Below, in pieces: positions 10,836-22,020 of a stretch of DNA of 44,318 nt; the first letter of the stretch is position 1, and each line of letters opens with the position of its first letter. The notes under the pieces are model-generated. The model was given only the letters and a program-made list of their open reading frames with translations, was not told where the DNA came from and searched no databases. A program made the position numbers and the translations under genes. Source of the stretch: Arenicellales bacterium (GTDB taxonomy: Bacteria; Pseudomonadota; Gammaproteobacteria; BMS3Bbin11); assembly GCA_029287855.1 (NCBI GenBank), contig JARFQI010000063.1:1-44318 (forward strand), given 5' to 3'.

Positions 10836-12107
10836 TTACTCCGTTATTGCGAGATACTTGCTTGCTTCAGCCAGCAAATTGTCTCTTGATACTGAAAATT
10901 GTTCACCATCATCCAGTTTTTTTACAGAAATTGTACTAGTTTGTAACTCGTCATCGCCAATTATTAGCGCCAGTCGAGCATTGCACCGGTTTGCTTTTTT
11001 CAACTGGCTTTTAAAGCTAGCATCACCGACGTTTGCAGTTACCGAAAACCCTGCATCACGCAGCTCCATGGCGAGAGTCGAGCCAAGCTCAAGAGCCGTC
11101 GCAGAAGTCTGAACTAGATAGACATCCTGTCTTTTTACGGGCTGGCATAATTGTTCGATCTTCATTAACTCAATCAGTCGTTCCATGCCTATGGCAAATC
11201 CGGCAGCCGGCACTGGTTTGCCTCCAAGTTTTTCCACCAGGTTATCATATCGCCCACCGCCACAGATGGCACTCTGTGCCCCCAGCTTGTCCGTGGTCCA
11301 TTCAAACACGGTTCTACTGTAATAATCGAGTCCGCGAACGAGTTTAGGATTACGAACATAGCTGATCCCAAGCTTATCGAGTAGTTGTTGCACGCGCTGA
11401 AAATGTTCGCGGGATTCATCATCAAGGTAGTCGAGTATATCCGGCGCATTCCTGTTCAACTCAATGATTGCGTCATTTTTACTATCAAGAATTCGTAACG
11501 GATTCTTCTCCAGGCGGTGCAATGTGTCCGCATCTAGACTCTCTTTATGTGACTGATAATAATCCACCAGCGCTGCACGGTACTGTTGTCGTGAATTGGC
11601 CGTACCAAGCGTATTTAGCTCAAGTGTTGTTTCTGTCAGTCCCAGCTGTTTCCACAATTGCCAGGTCAACGAAATTATTTCAACATCAAGGTCTGCTTCT
11701 GCCATTCCATAGGCTTCGACACCAATCTGATGAAACTGGCGATAACGGCCTTTTTGCGGGCGTTCGTGCCGGAACATTGGCCCTGTATACCAGACCCGCT
11801 GTATAGCGTTATGAAGAAGACCATGCTGCAGCATTGCTCGTACAACACCTGCCGTTGCTTCAGGCCTGAGAGATAGCTGATCACCATTTCGGTCCTGAAA
11901 GGTGTACATCTCTTTTTCTACAATATCTGTCGCCTGGCCGATTGAGCGTGCGAACAGTTCTGTTTTCTCAACTACAGGCAGACGAATTTCCTGGTAGCCA
12001 AACAGTCTGAAAACATCACTCGCCGTGCGCTCAAGTTGTTGCCAGCAGATTAGATCTTCGGGAAGCTGGTCATTCATACCCCGAATAGCCTGGATAGAAT
12101 TAGACAT
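10836..12107 (-). CDS. hisS: histidine--tRNA ligase
   Basis: 423-aa ORF with class II motifs: RGMNDQLPED, FRHERPQKGRYRQFHQ and GGGRYDNL. Confidence 0.95.
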   Translation of the reverse strand: MSNSIQAIRGMNDQLPEDLICWQQLERTASDVFRLFGYQEIRLPVVEKTELFARSIGQATDIVEKEMYTFQDRNGDQLSLRPEATAGVVRAMLQHGLLHNAIQRVWYTGPMFRHERPQKGRYRQFHQIGVEAYGMAEADLDVEIISLTWQLWKQLGLTETTLELNTLGTANSRQQYRAALVDYYQSHKESLDADTLHRLEKNPLRILDSKNDAIIELNRNAPDILDYLDDESREHFQRVQQLLDKLGISYVRNPKLVRGLDYYSRTVFEWTTDKLGAQSAICGGGRYDNLVEKLGGKPVPAAGFAIGMERLIELMKIEQLCQPVKRQDVYLVQTSATALELGSTLAMELRDAGFSVTANVGDASFKSQLKKANRCNARLALIIGDDELQTSTISVKKLDDGEQFSVSRDNLLAEASKYLAITE

Positions 12108-12111
12108 GACT

Positions 12112-13182
12112 TTACGGGTTCACAGATTCACCAACGGTGAAGCGGGCAAACACTCCCCTGGTGTAACCAGGGACGTCAATTTCTTCACCGTTGAAGGTGA
12201 CTTTAACCCCCTGTGCAAAGCCAAAGAATACCGACAATGGCAATTTTCCGGCAATCACGATATTTTCGCCCTTCTTCACCGTCCGATAGAGTAATTTCTT
12301 ACCATTTGCATCGCGTACATCCGTCCAGCTGTCATTGCTATAGCTGATACTCAAAGTGCCGTCGCCGGCAGCTTCAACAGAGCTTTCGGTCTCTCTACTT
12401 CCTGCGACTGTAACTCCAGTCGTTGCAGGTGTTGTATCCGTATCTGCAGTATCGACGGATGCCGTTGTATCGACTGCTTGTACTGGTATCAAGACTTCGG
12501 CTTCAGCTTGAACCTGAAGCGGGGTTGTTTCAGAAATTACCTGCTGTTCTTCACTGCTGGCAGACTGTGGCATCACTATCGCTGCTGATGTCGTTTCGGC
12601 AACAGAAGCTGTCGGTCTCGTAGACGTGATAATGGTTTTTTCAACAACAGAACTTTCAACTGGACTGTCAAGGCTGAGGGTGCTGGCTCCAACAGGAACT
12701 TCTTCCACCTTAGCCACCGTTTTTTCTTCTACTGCCGGACTATCTGCTTTTTCGCCAGTCAGAGGCAGTTTGTCATGAGGTACAAGCACCCACACTGCAC
12801 TTAAAGCAATCACGGCAATCAGGAAGATGACAGCAAACAGTCGAATGCCTTTGCTGCTTTTATTAATAACACTTTCGCCGGATGGTATTACCTGCTGTGG
12901 TTTCTTTTCGCTGCTGCGGGTTTCCCTGGCAAATGCCATTAAAATGGTGTTCTCGGGAATCCCAACCAGCCTGGCATAATTTCTTAAATACCCTCTGACA
13001 TAGGTCTCCTCTGGCATCTTCGAGTAATCATTTTCCTCCAGCGCCAGCACCTGGGATGGTGTCAGTCGAATCTCATATGCAACGTCCTCAGGGCGAAGAT
13101 TCTTTTCCTCACGTGCAATTTGTAGAATTTTACCCGGCCCAAGGACCTGCTCATCTTGATTTGGAAACATCTCTTCATTCAC
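12112..13182 (-). CDS. rodZ: cytoskeleton protein RodZ
   Basis: N-terminal Xre-type HTH (ILQIAREEKNLRPEDVAYEIRLTPSQVLALEEND), a single TM helix, a Ser/Thr/Ala/Val-rich linker and a C-terminal DUF4115-like beta domain. Confidence 0.8.
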   Translation of the reverse strand: MNEEMFPNQDEQVLGPGKILQIAREEKNLRPEDVAYEIRLTPSQVLALEENDYSKMPEETYVRGYLRNYARLVGIPENTILMAFARETRSSEKKPQQVIPSGESVINKSSKGIRLFAVIFLIAVIALSAVWVLVPHDKLPLTGEKADSPAVEEKTVAKVEEVPVGASTLSLDSPVESSVVEKTIITSTRPTASVAETTSAAIVMPQSASSEEQQVISETTPLQVQAEAEVLIPVQAVDTTASVDTADTDTTPATTGVTVAGSRETESSVEAAGDGTLSISYSNDSWTDVRDANGKKLLYRTVKKGENIVIAGKLPLSVFFGFAQGVKVTFNGEEIDVPGYTRGVFARFTVGESVNP

Positions 13183-13198
13183 AGCTGTTTATCTCGAA

Positions 13199-13948
13199 TT
13201 AGTTATTAAGCTTTCTTGCCTGGCTGGAATTGGGGTATTTGCTGCGTAATTTCAAGGCATAGCTCGCTGCTGCATTTTTATCACCCAACTTCATTTCTGT
13301 CTGGTACGCGATATAGAGAATTTCAGCATTGCCGCCCGCCATTTGGAAATAGCGCTGGTACCAACCACGCGTTTCCAGTGTTTTGCCGTTTATATAACTG
13401 ATTTTAGCCATTTGCAGGAGCGCAGTGGGTGAGTTCGGGTTGATCCTCAACGATTGCCGCATGGCATTTTCAGCTTCTTTATATTTCTCCTGTTTGTAGA
13501 AGCATGCCCCAACGTTCATCAGTAACCTTGCCCGCGCTTTATACAACGGATTATCCAGCAGCTCGCGATACAGGTCTTCCGCTTTCTCAAATTCCCCTTT
13601 CCTGCACAACTGGTTTGCATAATCATTCTGGGCACTTGGCAGCGGGTCAGGTTTTACGATAGCTTTCTTAAAGTAGCGCTCTGAATTTTCGGGTTTATTT
13701 AACTGAATCTGGATCAACGCCATGACGTAATTGGCAGACTTGTTGTTCTTGTCGAGATCAAGAGATTTATTGATTTCCTCAAGGGCAACGTCAAGCTGGC
13801 CACGCTGTAAATACTGGCCCGCAAGATCGGCATGGATCTTCGACCGATCCTCTGCAGGTTCGACTTCAGGTTCAGGAAAGGCTTTTTCTGTAACACAGCC
13901 CGCAAGCAGTAATGACGATAATAAAAATACAGTGACAATAAGTTTCAA
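13199..13948 (-). CDS. pilW: type IV pilus biogenesis/stability TPR lipoprotein PilW (PilF)
   Basis: Lipobox LLAGC followed by TPR repeats. It lies between rlmN and rodZ, as pilF does in Pseudomonas. Confidence 0.72.
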   Translation of the reverse strand: MKLIVTVFLLSSLLLAGCVTEKAFPEPEVEPAEDRSKIHADLAGQYLQRGQLDVALEEINKSLDLDKNNKSANYVMALIQIQLNKPENSERYFKKAIVKPDPLPSAQNDYANQLCRKGEFEKAEDLYRELLDNPLYKARARLLMNVGACFYKQEKYKEAENAMRQSLRINPNSPTALLQMAKISYINGKTLETRGWYQRYFQMAGGNAEILYIAYQTEMKLGDKNAAASYALKLRSKYPNSSQARKLNN

Positions 13949-15078
13949 GATAGGTCACCTGTGGTTTGAATTTGTTGCAGATGCTCTGTGCGTCGTGTCC
14001 TGTCGGTGAATTTACCGGCTAGCTGGCCACAAGCTGCATCGATTTCTTCTCCGCGCGTCTTTCTGGTCACAGTCATAATCCCTTTTTGCATCAGTATATC
14101 GCGGAAGCGATTGATGCGTGATAGAGGTGAACTGCTGTAACCGCTGTTTTCAAATGGATTAAAAGGGATCAGGTTGATTTTACACGGCACATTTCCAACC
14201 ATTTTTGCCAGTTTTCTTGCGTCGTTATCCGAGTCGTTGACACCGTCAAGCATGACATATTCAAAGGTTATTTTCTGATGCGGCAGCCCTCTCGTATATT
14301 CACGGCATGCCTTCATTAACTCTCTTATTGGATACTTTCTGTTAATCGGCACCAGTTCATTTCGCAATTCATCATCTGGGGCATGCAGGGAAACAGCAAG
14401 GCTGACAGCACAATCTTTGCTTAGTTGCTGCATTTCAGGTAACAGACCAGAAGTACTTAATGTCACCCGGCGTTTTGACAGGCCATAGGCGAAATCTTCC
14501 TGCATTAACTGCATTGCCCTGACGACATTGTCGTAGTTCAGCAAGGGCTCGCCCATACCCATCATGACAACATTCGTGACCGGCCGTTCATTCTCAGCGC
14601 TAACCAACAGCTGATTCGCCAGTCGCAACTGTCCGATTATCTCTGCAGAGGTCAAATTGCGGTTAAATCCCTGGCGGGCAGTCGCACAGAAACTGCAGTT
14701 TAAGGCACAGCCAACCTGTGATGATACGCATAAGGTGCCACGGCCAGCTTCCGGGATGAAAACAGTTTCTATACTATTGCCATCCTCCAGCCGCAAAAGC
14801 CATTTTCGTGTTCCATCGTCTGACACCTGGTCATTGATGATTTCAGGTACGACGAATGCAGCCTCGCTCGAAAGCTTGCTTCTAAGGGATTTACTCAGGT
14901 TTGTCATCTCAGAAAAATCATAAACACCCTGCTGGTGTACCCACTTCAACACCTGGGTGGCACGAAATGATTTCTCACCTATAGAGGCAAAAAACGTCTC
15001 TAGCGCCTGACGGTCGTGTCCCATCAGGTTCTCCAGTGAGCCTTGATTTGCAGCTATATCGGTCAATGATAATTCCAT
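13945..15078 (-). CDS. rlmN: 23S rRNA/tRNA adenine-C2 methyltransferase RlmN (radical SAM)
   Basis: 377-aa ORF with the radical-SAM triad [15 protein letters not shown] and the C-terminal catalytic Cys context IDAACGQL. Confidence 0.93.
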   Translation of the reverse strand: MELSLTDIAANQGSLENLMGHDRQALETFFASIGEKSFRATQVLKWVHQQGVYDFSEMTNLSKSLRSKLSSEAAFVVPEIINDQVSDDGTRKWLLRLEDGNSIETVFIPEAGRGTLCVSSQVGCALNCSFCATARQGFNRNLTSAEIIGQLRLANQLLVSAENERPVTNVVMMGMGEPLLNYDNVVRAMQLMQEDFAYGLSKRRVTLSTSGLLPEMQQLSKDCAVSLAVSLHAPDDELRNELVPINRKYPIRELMKACREYTRGLPHQKITFEYVMLDGVNDSDNDARKLAKMVGNVPCKINLIPFNPFENSGYSSSPLSRINRFRDILMQKGIMTVTRKTRGEEIDAACGQLAGKFTDRTRRTEHLQQIQTTGDLS

Positions 15079-15342
15079 TATTTAGTTTCTAATGCACTAT
15101 GCACTTTAATTTCATCTACTTTTATCGGTCTATTTGAGCAGGGTCAAGTCAGATCGTATAGTGACATCAGAAATCAGGGTTTTACTGTCTTCTCTGTCTT
15201 ACAATCCCTGGTTAGAAACTAAGGGGAAAGGTATAAATACGGGTAGCTTAAATATTAGCCTGACTGCGCCCAACTAGTTGTATTTAAAATAATTATACAG
15301 TCTTACACAAATAGCAGAGTTAAGCTTTCTATTTTACCTGTC

Positions 15343-16668
15343 TCAGACTGGCCGGGCAATCAGTCTGCTACCGTCAATTCCCGTTATTTGTACATTTATC
15401 AAATTTCCTGACGCAAAAGAGCCAGATTGGATAACAATCGGCAGGTATTCTGCTGAACGTCCTGTAGCCCATTGAGGATTTTCTTTATCCTGCTGCTCTA
15501 CCAGAACCGTCGCCCGGTAGCGTTTCGCTAGCAGCTGTTTAAACAATTTCAGACGTACCCGCTCTCCTGCTTCAATTAATTCACGGGTGCGTTGTTTGCG
15601 TATGGCGTGTGGAACCTGGTCAGGGATGCGTTCCGCCGGTACGCCGGGTCGATCTGAATAGCTGAAAACATGCGGAAAAGCTATGCCAAGGCGTTCAATC
15701 ATGGTTACGCTATCTGCAGATGCCTGTTCTGATTCTGTTGGAAACCCCGCCAGAACATCAGCACCATAGACGGCATGGGGAATTCTTTTCGATAATTCGC
15801 CTATCCTCTCGTACATTTGCTCCGCGGTGTAGCGCCTTTTCATTCGTTTTAGTATCAGGGTATTGCCGCTTTGCAGTGAAAGATGGAAATGCGGGCATAT
15901 TTTCTGCTCGCTGGCGAGGACGTCGATTAGCTCTGTATCAAGGTAGGATGGGTCAATAGAACTGATGCGAAGCCTGAAGTCGCCATCCAGAGAACAAACC
16001 TCACGCAGCAGCTTTGCCAGGTTGTATTGCTGGCCACCAGGATCCAGGTTTTCGCCATAACTGCCAATATCCACTCCACAGAGGACTATTTCGTGATAGC
16101 CATTTAACACCAGCCTTTCTATCTGGCGTTTAACCAAAGTGATCGGGAAAGAGCGAGACGGGCCTCTTGCTGTATGAATAATGCAGAAAGTACATCCCTG
16201 GTTACAGCCTTGCTGAACCTGAACAAATGCACGGGTGTGTCCTTCACAGGTCTCGATAATGTCCTGCGGCAGTGATACATGCTCATTAAGGTCACCAACC
16301 AGTATGGGAGGCAGTTTTCCCCGCATCAGGTCAGGCAACAACTGATGTAAATCCAGTTTACGGTCATTTCCCAGCACCAGGTCGACCCCGGGAATTTCAG
16401 CACAGGCATCGGGTGAGATTTGAGCATAGCAGCCTGTGACAACAATCAGCGACTGCGGGTTCTGCCGGATCAGTCTGCGGACGGTTTGCCTGGCCTGACG
16501 ATCAGCTTCAGAGGTGACGGTACAGGTGTTAACGATATACAGATCAGCGCGATCTGTGTGGTTAACCTGTTTCCAGTCAACATTTTGCAGAGAATGGCCG
16601 ATCAGTCCGGATTCAAAAAGATTTACCTTGCAACCAAGGGTCGTCGTGGCGAATGAATGCTGCTTCAA
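15343..16668 (-). CDS. mtaB: MiaB-like methylthiotransferase, MtaB type (ms2t6A37)
   Basis: The UPF0004 N-terminus TLGCKVNLFES...YIVNTCTVTSEADRQARQ...VVTGCYAQ resembles B. subtilis YqeV/MtaB more than MiaB or RimO. It also has the radical-SAM motif CNQGCTFC and a C-terminal TRAM-like domain. Confidence 0.78.
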   Translation of the reverse strand: MKQHSFATTTLGCKVNLFESGLIGHSLQNVDWKQVNHTDRADLYIVNTCTVTSEADRQARQTVRRLIRQNPQSLIVVTGCYAQISPDACAEIPGVDLVLGNDRKLDLHQLLPDLMRGKLPPILVGDLNEHVSLPQDIIETCEGHTRAFVQVQQGCNQGCTFCIIHTARGPSRSFPITLVKRQIERLVLNGYHEIVLCGVDIGSYGENLDPGGQQYNLAKLLREVCSLDGDFRLRISSIDPSYLDTELIDVLASEQKICPHFHLSLQSGNTLILKRMKRRYTAEQMYERIGELSKRIPHAVYGADVLAGFPTESEQASADSVTMIERLGIAFPHVFSYSDRPGVPAERIPDQVPHAIRKQRTRELIEAGERVRLKLFKQLLAKRYRATVLVEQQDKENPQWATGRSAEYLPIVIQSGSFASGNLINVQITGIDGSRLIARPV

Positions 16669-16727
16669 TGTGGGCCTTTAATCCTACGCTAATCCTGACG
16701 TAATGCTTAATCTGTATGGCTTCGCTG

Positions 16728-16928
16728 TTATTGCTGCTCTTCTATCCAGGCCATCTGGATCGCTTCAAGGATTCTCTCTCCGCAATGCTCCGGGTCATCA
16801 TCGAAGTCATCAAGATTCATGACCATTTCCATCAACTGCGGGAAGGCAATCGTCAAAGGATCAATATCAGGATTGTTGTCGGATAATTCAATAGCGATAT
16901 CAAGGCTATCAGTCCATTTCAACGGCAT
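16728..16928 (-). CDS. iscX: Fe-S assembly protein IscX
   Basis: 66-aa ORF. LKWTDSLDIAIEL...DDFDDDPEHCGERILEAIQMAWIEE is collinear with E. coli IscX, and it lies downstream of fdx. Confidence 0.85.
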   Translation of the reverse strand: MPLKWTDSLDIAIELSDNNPDIDPLTIAFPQLMEMVMNLDDFDDDPEHCGERILEAIQMAWIEEQQ

Positions 16929-16943
16929 TATATATCTCCTTGT

Positions 16944-17282
16944 TTAATGGTTCTCTGAAACCTGGTTTATGGTGTATTTAGGTATCTCAATGACCAGGTC
17001 CTCCTCCGCTACGACTGCCTGGCAGGAAAGCCTTGAATCCGGCTCCACCCCCCAGGCCTTGTCCAGCATGTCCTCTTCATTGTCTGTCGATTCATTCAGC
17101 GAATCAAAGCCCTGCTGGATAATGACATGACAGGTCGTGCAGGCACAGGCCTTCTCGCAGGCATGCTCAATTTCAATACCGTTTGCCAATGCAGCATTTA
17201 GTATTGTCACCCCCGGTTCAACTTCTATTTCCAGTCCGTCAGGGCAGACCTCATGGTGAGGCAGGAATTTCAACTTAGTCAT
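16944..17282 (-). CDS. fdx: ISC-system [2Fe-2S] ferredoxin
   Basis: 112-aa ORF with GIEIEHACEKACACTTCHVI and SRLSCQ cluster ligands. It is nearly collinear with E. coli Fdx. Confidence 0.92.
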   Translation of the reverse strand: MTKLKFLPHHEVCPDGLEIEVEPGVTILNAALANGIEIEHACEKACACTTCHVIIQQGFDSLNESTDNEEDMLDKAWGVEPDSRLSCQAVVAEEDLVIEIPKYTINQVSENH

Positions 17283-17285
17283 TGT

Positions 17286-19166
17286 TTACTCACTGAATTC
17301 ATTAATGTTATGGCCTGCCATCACGCTGCGGATACTGGCATCCATGCGGCGTGAGGCAAACACTTCAGATAGTTGATTCAGATCATTGGCTGCCTGTTTA
17401 ATTGACTCTGCATTATCACTATCCGTTAATTCTTTTAATTTATTTATTCCCTTTACTAACTCTGATCGTTCATCATCATTAAGGAACTTGTCACCATCTA
17501 CATCTAATGCGCTTTGTATGGCAAGAATTACCCGTTCGGCTTCAACTCGCTGTTCTGCCAGTAAGCGGGCCTTGATATCATCATTGGCAAAGGTGATTGA
17601 GTCGCGCAGCATCTGCTCTACTTCTTCGTCTGTTAGACCATATGATGGCTTTACATCGACCTGGGTTTCAATGCCTGTTGTGGCTTCCCTGGCGCTGACG
17701 CTGAGCAGACCATCAGCATCAACCTTAAAGCTCACTGTGATACGTGCACTGCCTGCCGCCATTGGTGGAATACCGCGTAACTCGAAGCGGGCCAGTGAGC
17801 GGCAATCAGATACCAGTTCCCGTTCACCCTGTACGACATGAATAGACATGGCAGTCTGGCCATCTTTATAGGTGGTGAACTCCTGTGCGCGCGTGACGGG
17901 AATTGTCGCATTACGCGGGATTATTTTCTCCACCATGGAACCCATGATTTCTATGCCGAGAGACAGTGGGATCACATCCAGTAAAAGCATCTCGTCGGCG
18001 GAGCGGTTTCCTATCAAAATATCAGCCTGTATTGCAGCGCCTACTGCGACCACCTGATCAGGATCTACATCAGTGTAGAGCTTTTTCTCAAAAAACCTTT
18101 CCACCTTTTCTTTAACACTGAGAACACGGGTTGACCCCCCGACCATTACGATACCGTCAATATCATCTTTATCGAGTCCGGCATCACGCAGACTTCGACG
18201 GCAAGGAATTAACGTTTTATCAATAACCGGCGCAATAATTTCATCCATCGTTGTGCGATCAAGGACAATCTCCCTGCTCGACCCGTCCGGTAGCTTGAGT
18301 GAGACTATTGTGGATGTATTTTCGGTCAATGCTTCTTTAGCAGTGCGGGCGGAAACCATCGCCTGCCGCAGAAATTGACTGTTACTGGATAATTCTTCAT
18401 CGTCGACATCATCGAGCAGCCATTCAGCAATCAGCCTGTCCATGTCATCACCGCCCAGGGCTGAATCACCAGCTGTCGCTAGCACCTCAAAAACGCCTTT
18501 ATTTAGATGTAAAATTGAAACATCGAAGGTTCCGCCACCGAGGTCATAGATGGCATAGATACCTTCAGATCCCTGGTCTAGTCCATAGGCAACAGCAGCT
18601 GCCGTGGGTTCGTTGAGCAAACGCATGACATTAAGACCAGCCAGCTTGGCAGCATCCTTTGTTGCCTGGCGTTGGGCATCGTCAAAATAAGCCGGTACAG
18701 TGATCACTACACCACCGAGGTTTCCTCTAAGTGAAGTTTCCGCGCGTTTTTTCAGTGCCGTTAATATTTCAGCACTGACCTCAATCGCACTGCGTGGTCC
18801 ATCTGCTGTTATAATTCTCGGGACATTGGCGGACTCATCATCAAAGTTATATGGCAGCTGATCGCGCAATGACTTGATGTCTGCTGTCTTACGACCAATC
18901 ATTCGCTTTGACGATGCAATGGTATTCATCGGGTCATTAATGCTGGCATCCAGCGCCGGGTAACCAATCTGTGGAGAGCCTTCAGCTCTGAAACGCACGA
19001 CAGAAGGCAACAGGTAACGACCTTCTTCATCGGGCAGTACTATGGCTTCTCCACTGCGTACTGTTGCGATCAACGAGTTGGTTGTACCGAGGTCTATCCC
19101 CACCGCCAGGCGACGCTCATGTGGATTGGTAGATTTACCGGGTTCACTAATTTGTAATAGTGCCAT
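17286..19166 (-). CDS. hscA: Fe-S cluster assembly Hsp70 chaperone HscA
   Basis: 626-aa Hsp70 fold with [19 protein letters not shown] and the HscA-type C-terminal lid. Confidence 0.95.
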   Translation of the reverse strand: MALLQISEPGKSTNPHERRLAVGIDLGTTNSLIATVRSGEAIVLPDEEGRYLLPSVVRFRAEGSPQIGYPALDASINDPMNTIASSKRMIGRKTADIKSLRDQLPYNFDDESANVPRIITADGPRSAIEVSAEILTALKKRAETSLRGNLGGVVITVPAYFDDAQRQATKDAAKLAGLNVMRLLNEPTAAAVAYGLDQGSEGIYAIYDLGGGTFDVSILHLNKGVFEVLATAGDSALGGDDMDRLIAEWLLDDVDDEELSSNSQFLRQAMVSARTAKEALTENTSTIVSLKLPDGSSREIVLDRTTMDEIIAPVIDKTLIPCRRSLRDAGLDKDDIDGIVMVGGSTRVLSVKEKVERFFEKKLYTDVDPDQVVAVGAAIQADILIGNRSADEMLLLDVIPLSLGIEIMGSMVEKIIPRNATIPVTRAQEFTTYKDGQTAMSIHVVQGERELVSDCRSLARFELRGIPPMAAGSARITVSFKVDADGLLSVSAREATTGIETQVDVKPSYGLTDEEVEQMLRDSITFANDDIKARLLAEQRVEAERVILAIQSALDVDGDKFLNDDERSELVKGINKLKELTDSDNAESIKQAANDLNQLSEVFASRRMDASIRSVMAGHNINEFSE

Positions 19167-19230
19167 TGATGATCTCTCGACAGTCTGCGGGTATTAGGAT
19201 TAATATTAAAGAAATTGTTTCAGATAAATT

Positions 19231-19770
19231 TCAGAATAGTGCTTCTTCCGCATCTTCAATTTCAGAACGCATGCGAACAAGAAACTGTAACTCACGTACC
19301 AGGTGTCGGGCTGTCTCCAGCTGTGACTCCTGTTCGCTCGTATTATCCAATATCTCACCTATACTTGCTTCCCTTTTTGAGAACTCGTCGCTGATCCTGG
19401 CTGAAAGCCTGGCAAGTGCATCGATGGACGACTGTGCATCATCCAGTTCTTCCCGCAATTCTATCTGCTGCATCAGGAATTCAGGATCCATGCCGGTATC
19501 ATGCTCTTCATCAAGATTTATACCATGCAGGCTGAGCATGTATTTTCCACGCTGCATTGGATCATTCAAAGTTGTGTAGGCTTCATTGATGAGCGCCGCA
19601 TACTGTGCGGATAGCCGGCGCTCATGATCGCTGGCACTGGCAAAATTATCCGGATGAAATTTCTTTTGCAGTTCTCGAAAACGATCACGCAGCAAACGGC
19701 GGTCAAGTGAATATGTCCTGCCAATACCGAAGAGATCGAAGAAGTCGTTTTCGAGCGGAGTGTGCATCAT
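19231..19770 (-). CDS. hscB: Fe-S cluster co-chaperone HscB
   Basis: J-domain with FHPD (an HPD motif) and a C-terminal helical HscB domain. The start could instead be the second Met at 19767. Confidence 0.88.
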   Translation of the reverse strand: MMHTPLENDFFDLFGIGRTYSLDRRLLRDRFRELQKKFHPDNFASASDHERRLSAQYAALINEAYTTLNDPMQRGKYMLSLHGINLDEEHDTGMDPEFLMQQIELREELDDAQSSIDALARLSARISDEFSKREASIGEILDNTSEQESQLETARHLVRELQFLVRMRSEIEDAEEALF

Positions 19771-19816
19771 AGGTGCTGTTCTGACCTGGTCGGCGAAGCG
19801 GGTTTACTGTGTGCTG

Positions 19817-20140
19817 CTAGACAGTAAAGCTCTCTCCACAGCCACATGCATCTTTGACATTAGGGTTATTGAACTCGAAACCTTCATTCAGACCTTCACG
19901 CTTGTAATCAAGCTCCGTACCATCAAGGTAAATCAGGCTTTTTTTGTCTACGATCACTTTAACGCCGGATGATTCAAAAACCTCATCTGTATCTTCGATT
20001 TCATCGACAAACTCGAGTACATATGCCAGACCTGAGCAGCCAGAGGTTTTTACCGCCAGCCTGAGGCCCGCTGCTCCGCCCCGTTTTTCAATAAAATTAA
20101 GTACGTGTTCTGCTGCTTTTTCTGTCAGACTTATCGCCAT
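19817..20140 (-). CDS. iscA: A-type Fe-S carrier IscA
   Basis: 107-aa HesB/IscA fold with Cys in SGCSG and the C-terminal CGCGESF. Confidence 0.9.
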   Translation of the reverse strand: MAISLTEKAAEHVLNFIEKRGGAAGLRLAVKTSGCSGLAYVLEFVDEIEDTDEVFESSGVKVIVDKKSLIYLDGTELDYKREGLNEGFEFNNPNVKDACGCGESFTV

Positions 20141-20200
20141 TACATTACTCCACTTCCGTCAGACTGTTCTTTCCTGATTGAATAAACCAACTATTCTAAA

Positions 20201-21415
20201 TCAGTGTGCAACCCATTCTACTTTTGACAGGTCTACACCTTCCTGAAACATGTCCCATAAAGGTGAAAGTTCACGCAATCTGTCTATGTTTTCACGCACC
20301 AGCTGGATAGCCTGGTCGATATCATTTTCCGTTGTAAAACGGCCAATGCTGAAACGAATGGAACTGTGTGCAAGTTCATCATTCCTGCCCAGCGCCCGCA
20401 ATACATAGGATGGCTCGAGACTGGCAGATGTGCATGCCGAGCCTGAAGAAACGGCGAGATCTTTTAGCGCCATGATCAGAGACTCGCCTTCGACATAATT
20501 AAAACTGATATTAATATTGCCAGGTATGCGGTGGTCCAGATCACCATTGACATAGACCTCATCCATATCTCTAAAGCCATCGAGCAGCCGGTTACGTAAA
20601 TGCAGAATCCTTGCGGACTCTTCTACCATTTCTTCACGTGCGATACGAAACGCTTCACCCATACCTACGATCTGGTGCACGGGCAGTGTGCCGGAGCGCA
20701 TGCCTCGTTCATGACCGCCGCCATGCATTTGTGCCTCGATCCTGATGCGGGGCTTGCGTCGCACGAACAGGACGCCGATACCTTTTGGTCCATAAATTTT
20801 GTGAGCCGACAATGACAGCATGTCAATATCCATGGCTTTGACATCAATCGGTATTTTACCTGCACTCTGTGCAGCATCGGTATGGAAGATAACTTTGTGC
20901 TTATGTGCAATTGCAGCGATTGAAGCAATATCCTGAATCACTCCAATTTCATTATTGACATGCATGATACTGATCAATGTAGTATCGGGTCTAATCGCAG
21001 CTTCCAGCTTGGCAAGGTCAATCAGGCCATCTTCTTCAGGATCAAGATAAGTTACTTCGTACCCTTCACGTTCGAGCTGGCGGCAGGTATCCAGAACCGC
21101 TTTATGCTCAGTTTTACAGGTAATAAGATGCTTTCCTTTCTTGCTATAGAAATGCGCAGCACCTTTAATAGCCAGGTTATTTGATTCGGTTGCTCCCGAG
21201 GTCCAGACTATCTCCCGTGGGTCGGCATTGATTAAAGCTGCAACTTGCTTGCGGGCCTCTTCAACAGCTGCTTCTGACTCCCAGCCATAAGCGTGCGAAC
21301 GTGAGGCCGGGTTGCCAAACTCACCATCCATAGTCAGATAATGCATCATCTTCTCTGCTACCCGTTTGTCTACCGGGGTCGTCGCTGAATAATCAAGGTA
21401 TATTGGTTTCATCAT
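20201..21415 (-). CDS. iscS: cysteine desulfurase IscS
   Basis: 404-aa ORF starting [13 protein letters not shown], with PLP-lysine context [10 protein letters not shown] and the active-site loop SSGSACTS. Confidence 0.96.
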   Translation of the reverse strand: MMKPIYLDYSATTPVDKRVAEKMMHYLTMDGEFGNPASRSHAYGWESEAAVEEARKQVAALINADPREIVWTSGATESNNLAIKGAAHFYSKKGKHLITCKTEHKAVLDTCRQLEREGYEVTYLDPEEDGLIDLAKLEAAIRPDTTLISIMHVNNEIGVIQDIASIAAIAHKHKVIFHTDAAQSAGKIPIDVKAMDIDMLSLSAHKIYGPKGIGVLFVRRKPRIRIEAQMHGGGHERGMRSGTLPVHQIVGMGEAFRIAREEMVEESARILHLRNRLLDGFRDMDEVYVNGDLDHRIPGNINISFNYVEGESLIMALKDLAVSSGSACTSASLEPSYVLRALGRNDELAHSSIRFSIGRFTTENDIDQAIQLVRENIDRLRELSPLWDMFQEGVDLSKVEWVAH

Positions 21416-21473
21416 TTTGCTTTGTTCTCTGCTTGTAAGAAATGACAGTTGTGATTCAATAACTAATTGACGA

Positions 21474-21947
21474 TTACTGTGCTCTAACCGGCTGTAATGA
21501 AGCTGTCCTGCTTATTTCTTCCTGACGACAGGCTACTTCCTGAACATTTGGCTGGTTGACAAGATCACCCAAGGTGATTTGATTAAGAAATTCGTGTATC
21601 CGGGTACTCAGGTCTTCCCATAAATAGTGGGTCAGGCAGCGACCGTCCTTGTCACAATTTTTTTCACCGCCACAGCGGGTGGCATCGACATTCTCATTAA
21701 TGGCGGAGACAATCTCTGCAACCGGGATATTTTGAGGCTCAGTCGCAAGCTGGTAACCACCACCGGGTCCCCTGGTGCTTTTTACCAGGCCTTTGCGCCG
21801 CAAACGGGCAAATAGCTGCTCCAGGTACGATAGAGATATACCCTGCCGGCCTGCAATGTCAGATAGTGTCACTGCACCTTTTTCATAATGTATGGCTAAA
21901 TCAAGCATAGCTGTCACAGCATAACGGCCTTTTGTAGTCAGTCTCAT
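21474..21947 (-). CDS. iscR: Rrf2-family Fe-S cluster regulator IscR
   Basis: [18 protein letters not shown] winged-helix N-terminus. The cluster ligands follow C-x5-C-x5-C-x2-H ([17 protein letters not shown]), as in E. coli IscR. Confidence 0.9.
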   Translation of the reverse strand: MRLTTKGRYAVTAMLDLAIHYEKGAVTLSDIAGRQGISLSYLEQLFARLRRKGLVKSTRGPGGGYQLATEPQNIPVAEIVSAINENVDATRCGGEKNCDKDGRCLTHYLWEDLSTRIHEFLNQITLGDLVNQPNVQEVACRQEEISRTASLQPVRAQ

Positions 21948-21991
21948 AGTAGTTACTCGCGATTGATGGAATGAATGTGTTATAGTTAGTA

Positions 21992-22020
21992 ATTATGTAA
22001 TACCTGACCAGTTTAGTCAA
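21992..22020 (-). promoter_or_regulatory. candidate sigma70 promoter of iscR
   Basis: The minus strand reads TTGACT-N17-CATAAT. The -35 element is at 22015-22020 and the -10 element at 21992-21997, 45 nt upstream of the iscR ATG. Confidence 0.5.

Noticed and set aside
17386-17841. 151-aa Ser-rich ORF antisense to hscA
   Set aside because: It is a low-complexity, Ser/Ala-rich translation on the opposite strand of a full-length Hsp70 gene, so it is a shadow ORF.
19160-19579. 139-aa ORF antisense to hscB
   Set aside because: Same reasoning. It is Ser/Cys-rich and low-complexity, and it overlaps the well-supported hscB on the other strand.
20141-20200. Possible degraded iscU remnant between iscS and iscA
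   Set aside because: Only 60 bp are available and no reading frame resembles IscU motifs. It is a clean spacer and not a pseudogene.
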